A stretch of 64,000 nucleotides of DNA from Macrostomum lignano. Lineage: Eukaryota. Within the stretch, counting starts at the first letter, position 1. Each line of letters starts with the position of its first letter. Under the pieces are notes generated by a model. The model did not search any database, was not told the origin of the DNA, and worked only from the letters and a program-made list of their open reading frames with translations. The stretch is taken from positions 372,001 through 436,000 of the forward strand of contig NIVC01000684.1 in the NCBI GenBank assembly GCA_002269645.1, written 5' to 3'. Positions 38,748 through 50,140 of the stretch are shown here, piece by piece. A program made the position numbers and the translations under genes.

Positions 38748-39899
38748 CAAGGGGTGTCCCAAAAGTTCCCGGGATGTCTGACGTGGCTCTTTAACGGAGC
38801 CCTGGGATTTCACGCCTATGGTGTCAATTAAAAGGAAATTTTGTCACGAAGAAAACAAAGTTAAAATCATGTTGATATCTTTTTTTATTCAGGAGCTGCA
38901 GCAAGAAACGTGCGCGAAGGTCAGGGGTAGTGTTACACAACCTTACATATCAATGAAAATAATTTTTCATCTCCATTTTTTGATTTTTCCATTTTTTTAT
39001 TTTGAATTCGTGCTATTGAGAGCTTTTGCGCGAGTGCGGATAATTCGTACCAAGCGCTTGCTTTCAGCTTGAAATTTCTTTGCGAAAATGAGTTCTCTTC
39101 AGAGCCTTGAAAGTCAGCGAAGTCAAGTTTTTGCCCTTTCGTCAGAAGGATGGAGTGGAGCCAAGATTTCTGACCACTTATTCTCCATCCACGGTGAGAA
39201 CAGCCTGAAAAAAAAAACTGCCATTTACGGATGAATCGATCGCTTTAGAGATGCTGTGAATGATCAGCCACGCTCTGGCCGTCCTTGCACGTCGGGTGGA
39301 GAGACATCCCATCAACGGATCGAGGCCCTGCTGGACTCGGGTGCCCGCTTGACTATTCGAGAGATCTCTGATCAATTGGATATTGCCAAGTCGACTGTCC
39401 ATCGAATCATCGTCAACGATATGGGTCTCTCAAAGATCTCAGCACGCTGGGTTCCCCTCCTCCTCACACCGGAGCTCAGGTCGCATCATCCTGCATGAAA
39501 TGCCTCGAACTGTTTTTGCCAGGCCATCGACGGCATGCTTTCAAGGTGGCAGAGGTGTGTCTAGCTGAATGGGGACTACGTGGAGAAGCCGCAGGTTGAG
39601 CTTGACGATTCGCTTCGAATTTTGAATTGGTGCATTGCATGCCCAAGGATTCATCAACTGTATGAACTGTACTGTGTTTTATTGTTTAAAATAATTGCCA
39701 TAGATTTTTGAGGTTGTGTGACCTACCTCTGACCTTCGCGCACGTTTCTTGCTGCAGCTCCTGAATAAAAAAAGATGTCAACATGATTTTAACTTTGTTT
39801 TCTTCGTGACAAAATTTCCTTTCCTTCTATGGTCGTGAAATTTCAGGGCTCCGTTGAAGAGCTGCATTGGACATTCCGGGAACTTTTGGGACACCCCCC
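38748..39899 (+). mobile_element. Internally deleted mariner-type DNA transposon with ~180-bp terminal inverted repeats
   Basis: Left end TA|caaggggtgtcccaaaagttcc; the right end is its reverse complement with a decayed tip. Transposase remnants run from ATG 39088: PRSGRP, HTH (LTIREISDQLDIAKSTVHRII), KISARWVP and C-terminal RWQRCV*LNGDYVEK. The catalytic DD34D region is absent and there are in-frame stops. Confidence 0.9.
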
Positions 39900-39984
39900 A
39901 AATCAAGCAGTATAAGCAATATCTGGTATGGCAGTTTTATAAATTGAATAGACTAGCTAATACAGTTCTAATACAGTTCCAATT

Positions 39985-40090
39985 TCAGACTTCATTCAGA
40001 TTTCAGACTTCTCAGATTTCAGACTTCTCAGATTTCAGACTCTGATTTCAGACTTCAGACTTCAGACTTTCGCAGACTTCATTTTAGACT
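39985..40090. repeat. Short ttcagac-type tandem repeat
   Basis: Direct reading. Confidence 0.8.
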
Positions 40091-40589
40091 TCAATAAACA
40101 ATGACATAGCCATCTTCGAATGGTACAGCGTTGCATTATAAATTAATTTATTTTTAAACCTCTATTGTCGTTCACTTCTCACTATTTCAAAAATCTGTTA
40201 CACTACTTCAAAAAAGAATGAATGTACAATACAAATGGGACAGTCTAATTGAGTTCTTGAATTTTGTTTTAATGGTACTAGCCCGGTAAAATTATCGATT
40301 TTTTTAAACCAGCATAGTCATAGATAATATGAAAATCCTATTAAAAAGTATGTCTTAAGGTATCGCAAGCATGCGATGTTACGGATGAGTTACAAAACAT
40401 AATTTGAAAAATCCTTTCCTATGCGAGGAAAATATGACGACCTAAAATTATCGGCGAAAACTCCTAGTGCTAGTGCTACGAGCCTAAACGCTTCAAACAA
40501 GCACAAAGGCGAGGGAAAACCATCGGTAAACATCAAAGTTGATTTTTTAATAATAGCGAACAACAGTAACTTTACCACAGTGCCAATTC

Positions 40590-41524
40590 CTAGGCAAGCT
40601 GAATCCGTTCTCCTGACACTATTTTCTTGAGATCGTCCAGCCTCCTCCTGGCGAAGTCGTCCAAGTTGTTGAACCTCTCGAACTCGGACACCGCGGCGTC
40701 GACGGCTGCGACGTCGCGAGCGTCGGTAGCCGAAGCCAGCGACCTCACCAGCGAGAGCTCGTCGGTGTCCTTGAACGAGCCGCACAGCACAGCCAGCTGC
40801 TCCGCCTTCTCGCCGACTCCCGCAGCTCCTGAGCACAGCAGGCACAGACAGCTCTTGGCCAGGTGGTCCTTGGCTCCGAAGCTCAACAGACTGTGCTGCT
40901 CAGCCGACACTCCCAGATCCTCAAACACTGCGGCTGCCTCTGCCAGCCTCCCGCAGTCCGCCATCAACTCTGCGGCCTTGGCGCGGCTGCCCGCAGCGCT
41001 GGCCGGACTGTCCTGGCCGCTCCAGAAGTCCGCCGCTCTCACGTAGACATCGATGGCCTCCTCGACTTGCTGAGATGCAGCCAGCAGGTCTCCAGCCTCC
41101 TCCAGCTGTCTGGCAGCGATGCTGAACTGGCCCTGCTCTGCGTACATCTCGGCCGCTTGCTGCAGGCACCGCACGGCCTTCGGTCTCGTGTCTGGCAGCT
41201 TGCGGTAGCAGTTCGCAGCCTCCGAGTAATTGTTGGCCGCATCGAGCTCGCATCGCCTCTGCCTTGAGAACTGCTCGGCCGCGGCTTCGAATTCCTGCCC
41301 AGCTTCGTGCCAGTTTTTATCGAATTTGTGCTTGTTTCCTTTGTCAAGAAAATGTTCAGATCCTTTGAGCTCTCTGGTGATTAAATATGAAATTACGAGC
41401 CCAGTCGCTGCAGCAGCGAGCAAAGTCGTTTTAACGACTTTGCTTATATTTTTTTTGGAAGTGATCTCATTGTGATCTCCGCGAGTTTGGATGACTGCGG
41501 CAGCTTGGACAATTGAACTGAATT
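40590..41524 (-). CDS. alpha-SNAP-like paralog 1 with predicted TM segment (VVKTTLLAAAATGLVISYLIT); start codon not found
   Basis: Open frame from the acceptor tttgtattttag (41525) to TAG. SNAP core present (NWHEAGQEF, DAANNYSEAANCYRK, GQFSIAAR, LLSFGAKD, LDDF). There is no in-frame ATG before the core, so it needs an upstream exon or is defective. Confidence 0.75.
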
Positions 41525-41799
41525 CTAAAATACAAACAAAAATCGAGTTGAATTTTTAGCTCCAACCTTATTGTTTCCATCTCCAACCTACGGGTAGGAG
41601 CTAATATATATTTAGCTAATTTTAGTCCCGGATACTAGAATAACTGGATATGCCCCTCGCAATTGAAGTAGTAAAAAAGTAGAGCGTCTACTCTTTTTTT
41701 CAGTAGTTTGTCTGCGCAATGTCACTTGTATTGATTGTGGCACCTAAAAATTCCTTCCCCTTCTCCGACTCTACGGCCCCAGAAGATAAAGGTTTAAGA

Positions 41800-42065
41800 A
41801 TAAATGAAGACGGACGAAACTCAATCTAGGGGCAGGCCCAATTTGGGTTAACTAATTAGAGAGCTGTAAGGAGAGAGGTCACAGTCAGACGAACGAAACT
41901 CTGCCTAGGGGGACAGGCTTAACCTGGCTCAGCCAATAAAAGAGCAGTAAGGAGAGAGGTTAAAGTTGAGACTGATGAATCTCAGCCTAAGGGGACAGGC
42001 CCAATCTGCTTCAGCCAATAAAAGAGCCTAGGGGGAGGGCCAGGCTCAATCTAGCTCAGCCAATG
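41800..42065. repeat. Degenerate ~80-bp tandem repeats with CCAAT motifs at the 5' side of the DIRS element
   Basis: About 3.5 units containing ctaggggg.caggc, cagccaat(aaaagagc) and gtaaggagagagg. Confidence 0.7.
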
Positions 42066-42256
42066 ATTTGTACTCCGTGCGTACTCTCTCTCCCCCGTCG
42101 CGCCCCTCCCCCTCCGTCTCTCTGCCCCGCGCGCACCCACCCCCACTCTGTTTTTAAAGGCTGCTCGCGTGTGTTTGTCTCGCTTTGTCTGTTTGCGCGA
42201 GTTGATTTTTCAGAGAGCTCACAGAGCTGGCCGAGGCGGGCTTCACGACCACCAAA

Positions 42257-42557
42257 TTGATGAGATTTGATGAGGCTTACCGCATCAACCAGCACCAGTA
42301 CGGATTTCACTGGGGTACCGAGTCGTTCCAGCTGCTCGCTAAGCATATTCTCGCCCCAGGAGAGACGGAATCTCAGGATAAGAAAGCCGCATCTAAGCAG
42401 CCTCTTCACGGTGCGGCTGATCGACACCAGCTCTGCAATAACTTTAACGCTAACAGGTGCTTCCGTCGCCAGTGCTCTTTCCTTCGTCTGCCGTATCTGT
42501 CGAGGGAACCACCCAGCCTCGGCGCACCCGGAGGATGTTGCCAAGTCAAAAAACTGA
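42257..42557 (+). pseudogene. gag-like remnant with frameshifted Cys/His finger
   Basis: RFDEAYR...HWG followed by CNNFNANRCFRRQCSFL. The finger continues as VCRICRGNHPA in another frame, consistent with a 2-nt deletion near 42484. Confidence 0.7.
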
Positions 42558-42559
42558 AG

Positions 42560-44180
42560 CGCCCGGCGGCCGAGCACCCGCGCGAAGCTCCTCCGGCCGC
42601 CAATCATTTGTACAGTCTTTTAAATCCTAGCGAGCTAGCCGATCTTTCCTTGGATCGTTTCCCTATTCACCGCAACCTCAGCACCTGGCGTCTCGAGCTT
42701 GAATCAGATACAGACCGTGATTTTTTGCTTAACGGAATTGCTAATGGATTTGACGTCACTGACACTTTTGTTTTTACTCCTACCGAGATCTCCAACTATC
42801 AGTCGACCACCTGCCTTGAGAACCGCGAATTGATCGAAGCAGCGATCAAGAAAGAGATTTCAAACGGTCGCTATGTGACTACTTCATTTAAGCCAGCTAT
42901 TGTCAGTCCTCTGTCCTCTGGGTGCCGTTCCTAAGTCGTCTGGGGGCCTGCGCATCATCCACGACGCTAGCGTCCCGGAATGTCATTCCATTAACTCCTA
43001 TCGTACAGCTAAGCAGAAGCTGAAGTTCTCGACCGTCTCGGAGCTCACTCGGATGCTGCGTCCTGGCTGGTACATGGCAAAAGTCGATCTGATGGATGCC
43101 TATCGGTCTTGCCCTATCTCGACCCGCGGCTTCGGCGCCACCGGCATCAAGTGGACATTCAGTGGTGACACCAAGCCGACCTACATTATCGACACCGCGC
43201 TTGGCTTTGGACTCTCAGCTAGCGTTGAAGTTTTTCATCGTCTTTCTCAAGCAGTTAAGCGCATGATGGCTAGGTGCGGCTTCACTCGGTTCTGCAACTA
43301 CCTGGATGACTTCTGCTGCGTTGGGTCTTCACTCGAAGAATGCAATGAGGCCTTCGCTGCCCTTTTGGCGCTCCTGCGAGACCTGGGCCTGGCCATTAAC
43401 TGGAAGAAAGTAGTCAAACCGTGCCAATCCCTCATTTTTCTCGGAATCAAAATTGTCACTTCTCTCGGCACACTGAGTCTCCCGCAGGAGAAACTTCAGG
43501 AGCTCCGGGATATTCTGGACACTCACCTGTCTCACTCTCGTGTTTTTAAGAGACAGCTCCAATGGCTTTGTGGCAAACTTGGCTGGTTTTGCGAGGTTGC
43601 CCGCTCCGGTAGATGCTTACTTCGGGACCTCATCGACTTGTGCAACTCCCTTGCCAAGCCGCACCACAAGCTGAAGATCGATGCCACTGTGCGCTTTGAA
43701 CTGATGTTCTGGCGTAGCGCTACTGACGGGCCCGCAGGCCTCGAGCTGTGGCCGCAGCCCGGCTCTCGTATCGTCGTTGAGACTGACGCTTGTCTTCAAG
43801 GTGGAGCGGCCATCTTCAGCGATGGTGTCTAGCATGATTGGCTCTACATCAATTGGGACCTAGACTGCGACGGCGCCTTCAAGGGCCTTCCCATCAACCA
43901 TTTGGAAGCGATTGTTCCCCTCATCTTCATCGTCCGTTTTCGTGACCAGCTGGCAAACTCGGAGGTGACCTTCTACACCGACAACACCGCCGTCGTCGGT
44001 ATGATCCGGCGCGGTACTTCCGGGTGCCCTGCTATGAGGCGGCTCATGCGGTCGGCAGTGCTGACGGCGCTGCGTCTCAACATCCGGTTCAACATCTTCC
44101 ACGTGCCCGGGCGGTACCAGATCCTGAGTGACCCCGCGTCTAGGCTGCACGATCCCGCTCACCTGATTAACTTTGCGTGC
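42560..44180 (+). pseudogene. Reverse transcriptase / RNase H, disrupted
   Basis: AKVDLMDAYR, LGFGLSAS, NYLDDF, FLGI, TDAC, INHLE, YTDN and HVPG motifs. A 7-bp tandem duplication (tcctctg) at ~42906-42920 shifts IVSPL|GAVPK, and there is an in-frame TAG at 43830-43832. Confidence 0.88.
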
Positions 44181-45189
44181 CGTTTCTACAAAACTTTGCT
44201 CATTGATCCAGTTTCATTTTCCGCTCCGCTCCTCACTCGCTCCCAGCTCGCGGCGCGCAATCTCTTCACAGCTCGCCTCCTGGCTCGCGTTTGCTGCCCA
44301 GCTCGGATTCGACCCTGTCCACGCCACCGACGAGCAGGTTGCCACGTACATCGCGCACCTTTGGCAGCAGCGCCGCCTGCGCTCGTCTCAGAGCTTCCGG
44401 CCATATCTGCACGCTGTCGCGTGGCTGCAGCGCCTCCACGGTGTGCCAGTCTCCGCCCAGAGCTCGCTAGTCCAGGCAACACTGCGGGGAGTTCAGCGCG
44501 ATATCGGCTCGGCGCCGAGGCAGAAGGCCGGTCTGAGCCCCGAGGCTTTGCTACGGCTGCGGCCGCGTATGGAGGTAGGCTCTCCGGTTGGAGCCTCGAT
44601 GTGGTGTTGCTTGCTAGTGGGTTTTTACGGCATGCTTCGTTGCGCCAACCTCTTTGCTCCATCTCTGCGCGGGGCGGGCACGCCGAGTGATTCAGCGGTG
44701 CTGACAAGCGACGTCAGTTTGCAGCGCGACGGTTTCTGGGTCCTCATTCGGCAGAGTAAGACTAATCAATTTCGCTCTAGAGTCCATCGCGTTTGGATCC
44801 CGCGCCTGAAGCCTTCGTCTGGGGCTCGCCTCGATCTATGTCCGTTTGAAGCTCTTCTGCGCCATTTGCAGCTCAACAGCCCCCGCGCCTCGAGTTGTCA
44901 TCCGTTCGCATTTCGCAAAGGTCATGAGTTGCTGCCGCTTACTCGCAATGTCTTCTGCCGGCTGCTCAAGCGAGCTGGCGCGGCAGCCGGGCTCGACCCA
45001 CGCTCGCTTTCGGGGCACTCGTTGCGGCGCGGAGGAGCGACTTCCTTCCTTAAAAGCGGCGCCACCCTCCCAGAGGTGATGCAGATCGGGGACTGGCGTA
45101 GCGAAGCGGTCCACCGGTATGTCCAGCTGCCGGTGGCGGACCTCCAGATGACCGTGCAGCGCGTCAGCCAGCGCTTTGCCTCCGTTTAA
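44173..45189 (+). CDS. Tyrosine recombinase of the DIRS element (open frame, 338 codons)
   Basis: Catalytic set present: FYGMLRCAN (R), QSKT (K), GHSLRRGGAT (HxxR), GDWRS (W) and HRYV (Y). No stops. Confidence 0.9.
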   Translation: MRAVSTKLCSLIQFHFPLRSSLAPSSRRAISSQLASWLAFAAQLGFDPVHATDEQVATYIAHLWQQRRLRSSQSFRPYLHAVAWLQRLHGVPVSAQSSLVQATLRGVQRDIGSAPRQKAGLSPEALLRLRPRMEVGSPVGASMWCCLLVGFYGMLRCANLFAPSLRGAGTPSDSAVLTSDVSLQRDGFWVLIRQSKTNQFRSRVHRVWIPRLKPSSGARLDLCPFEALLRHLQLNSPRASSCHPFAFRKGHELLPLTRNVFCRLLKRAGAAAGLDPRSLSGHSLRRGGATSFLKSGATLPEVMQIGDWRSEAVHRYVQLPVADLQMTVQRVSQRFASV

Positions 45190-45551
45190 CGTTTTTTCCC
45201 CACTATCTTCGTGCGCTTGCCCTCTTCTTGCTTCCTTTGGGCCTTGGGCTCTTTTTGCTCGTCTGCGTGCCTCGTTCTCCCAAGTTCGCGTCTCTCTGCC
45301 TTCATGCTCCGACCGTGGAATTAATAGTTATTCTAGTAACTGATGTTTTTATGTGTATAAGCTGGCAATGACGGTTTGTTGCTCGAAACTACTGTTTGGA
45401 CTCACAATTAGCTTTTGAGCTACTCGATCAAAACATTTTAACGGTAAGTGGCTCGTAAACCGAAGCGTTTAAATCTTATTTAGGCTCATTTAGCTAGCAG
45501 AAACAATTGGAACTCTTTAAATAAAATGTTGGCTATCTAAAGGGTGTAAAA

Positions 45552-45973
45552 CAAGGATTAGCAAACTCCGACCCGCGAGCGACTTTCAGTGTACGATGCC
45601 TCTCTATCCGGCTCTCGGGTCCTTTGAAACTTCACAATAGCAATCCGGCCCGCTTAAGGTCTCTTCTCAACACTCTTACCCTCCGATCCTCTCTCCCCTC
45701 TTCTCTCTTCTCTCCCTTTCATCTCTCCCCATTTTTTTTAACTCTCATTTCTCTTCTTCACTTCTCCTCTCTTCTTTCCTCTTTCCTCTCCCCCCTTATC
45801 TTTTCTCTCATCTCTTCTCTGATCCCATATCTCATATTATCTCTCCTCTTATTTTCACTTTTCTATTCTCTCAGCTCTATTTCCTCCCTTCTCCTCTCTC
45901 ATCTGGCCCGCAGTCATTAGCTAGTAGGCTCTTTTTCTAGCCAGCTCCAGGTAAAAATGTTTGCCGACCCTTG
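45552..45973 (+). mobile_element. CT-interior hAT MITE (copy with TSD)
   Basis: Ends caaggattagcaaactc / tgtttgccgacccttg. Flanks gtgtaaaa and gtttaaaa form an 8-bp TSD with one mismatch. Confidence 0.8.
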
Positions 45974-46430
45974 GTTTAAAAGGTTTTTAGCTTAGCAAAA
46001 AGTCAGTTGTCTTACGAGATGCACGCGTGACAATGCTCCACCGGTGCCAGAGCCATTGCGACAGACCACAGGAAGTTATTAGCGAAATTAAAGCCGAACC
46101 GATCGTTTCTGCAGGTGTTTTACTGTGTGACTGGCCCATCTTATTCAGGTTGAGCATGAATGACAGAAATGTATACATCTCTTAATTTACTGAAAACTGT
46201 AACTTTCTTTGACTTCAGGTTACAATTTCTTGACTGTACTAGGCATACGTTAAGTGCTATAATTTAAGTAAGAATTAATAAAATGTAACTTGGTCAAGAT
46301 TAAAATAAATTTAAGACTAACTTAATTGTTCCAAAATACTAATTACTCCCCCCAGTCAAGTATTAGTCATTTAATAAAGATAACACACAAAGTAGTCGTC
46401 AGCTAAACGACATTTTATACTTATTTACTA

Positions 46431-46654
46431 CACCTTTTCACGTTCAATTCCGAACAAAGTCCAGTTCTAAAAAAACCAGCGGAAATTCAATTCAGACAAT
46501 TCCGACTGGGGCAACAAACCTCAGTTCAAAACATTATGCAACCGAAGCAAGTTTTAGCCATAGACAAAATTGTCCCCAGTCTGAATTGTCTGAATTGAAT
46601 TTCTGCTAGTTTTTTTAGAACTGGACTTTGTTCAAAATTGAACGTGAAAAGGTG
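46431..46654. mobile_element. Tc1/mariner-type MITE (224 bp, ~85-bp TIRs, TA flanks)
   Basis: ta|caccttttcacgttcaatt...aattgaacgtgaaaaggtg|ta. Confidence 0.85.
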
Positions 46655-47187
46655 TATTAAAAATACTTAAAAGCAAGAAAACGTGTAAAGAGAGAGAAAC
46701 AACAATTTAAGTAACCAATAGTCTTTGTTAATATAATACCGCAAATAATTTTGGAATGCATCATTAAAAGTTCTAAACGAATATTATTTTGTAAAAAAAA
46801 CTGTAAATCTGTGTCGAAAAGAGATTAGCTATAATCTATAAATAGAAAAAATATTAAATAGTTAAAAGCACAAAACGCAAATTTAATAAAGTATGAACTT
46901 GAACGAAAGATGATTCCTAAATATTGGCAATATAGCGAAAACTAAACCATTCCATCCAAGCACTCAAAGATAACCTATTCGTCAGCCGTCTCTGACTATC
47001 AGGTTTCAGAACAAAATAGAGTCTAAGTTCCACTTGCATTTAACAAAAATAGTCTACTACCTATCTTAGAGCTGGAATATAAGACTCAAGATTTAACTTA
47101 ATAAAGCATGAGCGACCTTGAAGTCAACACTGCACCAGACTGCTCTTGCTTGTCACAAAACAGCCACTACATGAGAAAAGCCGATTC

Positions 47188-47944
47188 CTAGGCAACCTGA
47201 ATCCGTTCTTCTGACACAATTTTCTTGAGATCCTCCAGTCTCCTCCTGGCGAAGTCGTCCAAGTTGTTGAACCTCTCGAACGCGGACACCGCGGCGTCGA
47301 CGGCTGCGACGTCGCGAGCGTCGGTAGCCGAAGCCAGCGACCTCACCAGCGAGAGCTCGTCGGTGTCCTTGAACGAGCCGCACCGCCCAGCCAGCTGCTC
47401 CGCCTTCTCGCCGACTCCCGCAGCTCCTGAGCACAGCAGGCACAGACAGCTCTTGGCCAGGTGGTCCTTGGCTCCGAAGCTCAACAGACTGTGCTGCTCA
47501 GCCGACACTCCCAGATCCTCAAACACCGCGGCTGCTTCTACCAGCCTCCTCCAGCTGTCTGGCAGCGATGCTGAACTGGCCCTGCTCTGCGTACATCTCG
47601 GCCGCTTGCTGCAGGCAGCGCACGGCCTTCGGTCTCGTGTCTGGCAGCTTGCGGTAGCAGTTCGCAGCCTCCGAGTAATTGTTGGCCGCATCGAGCTCGC
47701 GTCTTCTCTGCTTTGAGAACTGCCCGGCCGCGGCTTCGAATTCCTGCCCAGCTTCATGCCAGTTTTGATGAAGCTTCAGCTGGTTGCCCTGCTGCAGAAG
47801 CTTGGCAGTGTCAGAGGTTCGCTAGGGCTGCGTCCGCACGGGCCTTCAGGTCGCGTCTGACTGTCACTTTCTCCTTTTACTATCAAATCTGTCGTCAGAA
47901 CTTTTCGAAGTGGAGTTAATGCAGCAACACCAACAACAAGGCAT
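47188..47944 (-). pseudogene. alpha-SNAP-like paralog 2, pseudogene; N-terminus MPCCWCCC
   Basis: ATG 47944 lies 8 nt after the acceptor tttttaacag. Three in-frame stops precede the core. A 149-bp frameshifting deletion lies between two ccagcctcc repeats (measured against copy 1, 40943-41100). Confidence 0.88.
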
Positions 47945-48419
47945 TGTGACTCCTGTTAAAAAGAAATTCAGGTTGTTGCATTGAGACACATTAGAAGAAG
48001 TTCATGCATGGCAGGTGAAAATCGTACCAATAGTGTTATAATACTAATTCATGGAAGTTATAATAAAATTATGTGATGGCAATAGCTCTTATTTTTGTAA
48101 GGACTATAAAATGTCTTATTAAGTTTGAGCAAATCGCGACTTTAGTCATAACTAATGCTTAGTATATTGGGAATATTTAGTATACGCCAAAAAACCTGAA
48201 AACGCAATGCAACGTCTGCATGCCATTAATATTGACAAGTTTCGTTTATTTAGCTTTAGAAAATTGTTTAAAAATTGGCGTAATTCTAAGAGATTTCAGA
48301 CTTCGGCATCAACATATAGTGTGTAACAGTAATACGCATGTAAACAGAACACGTGAAAATGTGATATTTTAACGATGATCAACATCTTGTAATAGTTGGA
48401 ATCTTCTTCTATTTTTTTT

Positions 48420-48560
48420 CTATCTATATCTAAATCTAAGCTGTCTCTATCTATCTATCTGTCTGTCTGTGCGATAGATAATAGAAAAAACGGCTCAACC
48501 GATTTTCACCAAATTTGCACCATTAGATCAGAAATTTATCCATGACGGTACATGGGTCGT
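48420..48560 (+). mobile_element. Helitron/Helentron-like non-autonomous fragment
   Basis: tctatatc..(tcta)n(tctg)n..aaaacggctcaaccgattttcaccaaattt, the layout known from DINE-1/Lep1-type elements (recalled, not searched). Confidence 0.5.
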
Positions 48561-48777
48561 GGCTAAGATATTGCTCAATGCTAAAGGTATTAAATATTCG
48601 AAAAACTGTTTTCTCCCTATCTAATTAGTGTATTTTTCTTGCAGTGAGAGCTCAATACATCTATGGCCATAGACTAAACTTCAATTCTTGAGCTGATGCT
48701 AAGTTATAAATTTCGAAAAACTAGCAATCCAGCCCGTTCGGGGAGTGCAAAGGTCAAGTAAACTTTTCGAGTTGAAA

Positions 48778-49085
48778 CCATGGAGGAAAGAATAGAATGG
48801 AGTGCTAATCTGAGCCAGTCATTTTTATCTCGCTCGATCTTCACTTTTAACATCCCTTTCCCCCGTTCTTTCCTATTGGCTCGTGACTGCCATAGACAAA
48901 GTATTTTTTGTCTCGTTTTCGTTTTCGTTCCCCTCTGAAAGGTATGTCCCAGCATAGTACGAGCTCGCATCAAAATATGCTTTCAGCCAATAGGAACGGG
49001 GGGGAAGGGATGTTAAAAGCGAAAATCGAGCGAGGTAAAAACAACTGGCTCAGATTAGCACTCGATTCTATTCTTTCCTCCATGG
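48778..49085. mobile_element. MITE with ~100-bp TIRs beginning CCATGG and an apparent 6-bp TSD
   Basis: ttgaaa|ccatggaggaaagaatagaa...ttctattctttcctccatgg|ttgaaa. Confidence 0.78.
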
Positions 49086-49369
49086 TTGAAATGCATTGTA
49101 AGAATGCTAGAGAAAAAACTGACTGATTAAATTCTGATTCTGATAAAGATTGGATCACAACAAACTTTACTTATTGTCGTTTTTTTACATGGCTGAATGT
49201 TCACACTGACTTGAATTGCGCCAGTCTGAAGTACACATTGTGGAAGCATATAGTACAAGACTTGATTGGTATTGCGTAATTGAATTGCTAACTTTAATGG
49301 CGACTGACACTGACTGACTGAGAAATAAATTACGTCATGACTTTTACTCTAACTGACGTGCAATGAGTG

Positions 49370-49980
49370 TTGAATTGCAAAAATGTCAACACTTACTAGG
49401 AGAACTGCTGAGACGTCAAGGCTTATGGTGGGATTGTTGAGATGCCAAGGCTTACTGGGAGCATAGCTAAGATGTCTTTATCAGGACTTTCAGCTGAGGG
49501 AATTGCTGGAATGTCAAGGCTTATGAGGAATTTCTGGCATGTCAAGGCTAAAAACTTAGTGGAATTGCTAAGATGTCAAGGCTAAGACGTCAAGGCTTAT
49601 AGATGGGGGAATTGCTGGGATGCTAAGGCTTATGAGGAATTTCTGGCATGTCAAGGCTAACAACTTGGTGGAATTGCTAAGATGTCAAGGCTAAGACGTC
49701 AAGGCTTATAGATGGGGGTAATTGCTGGGATGTCAAGACTTACAGCTGCAGGGGAATTGCTGGGATGTCAAGACTTACAGCGTGGGGAATTGCTGGGATG
49801 TCAAGGCTTACAACTGGTGGAATCGTTGAGATGTCAAGGCTTATTAGGGAATTGCTGAGACGTCAAGGCTTATTGGGAATTTCTGGGATGTCAAGGCTTA
49901 TGGGAGCATTGCTAAGATGTTATTGTCAAGGCGTACAGCTGGGGGAATCGCTGAGATGCCAGGGCTTACTGGAAGCATTG
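49370..49980. repeat. Degenerate ~30-bp tandem repeat (ggaattgctgggatgtcaaggcttat)
   Basis: Repeated motif read directly. Confidence 0.85.
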
Positions 49981-49981
49981 G

Positions 49982-50140
49982 TCTATCTCTACATATAAAA
50001 ATCAAAACTCTGTGTGTGTGTGTGTCTGTCTGTGTGTGGACAATTTTGATCGCTATGGACTCCCAAACCGCTCAACCAAATGACACCAAATTTTACACCC
50101 ACCCTAAACTCACTACGGAGAATGTCTTAGGCTACCTTTA
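49982..50140 (+). mobile_element. Helitron-like element 5' region
   Basis: tctatctctacatataaaaatcaaaactct(gt)n...aaaccgctcaaccaaatgacaccaaatttt, related to the 48420 fragment. Confidence 0.5.

Larger units (their letters stand above)
42200..45300 (+). mobile_element. DIRS-order (Ngaro-like) tyrosine-recombinase retrotransposon, decayed
   Basis: Order gag - RT/RNase H - tyrosine recombinase, with overlapping frames and no methyltransferase-like region seen. Termini and split repeats are not resolved, so the boundaries are approximate. Confidence 0.88.
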
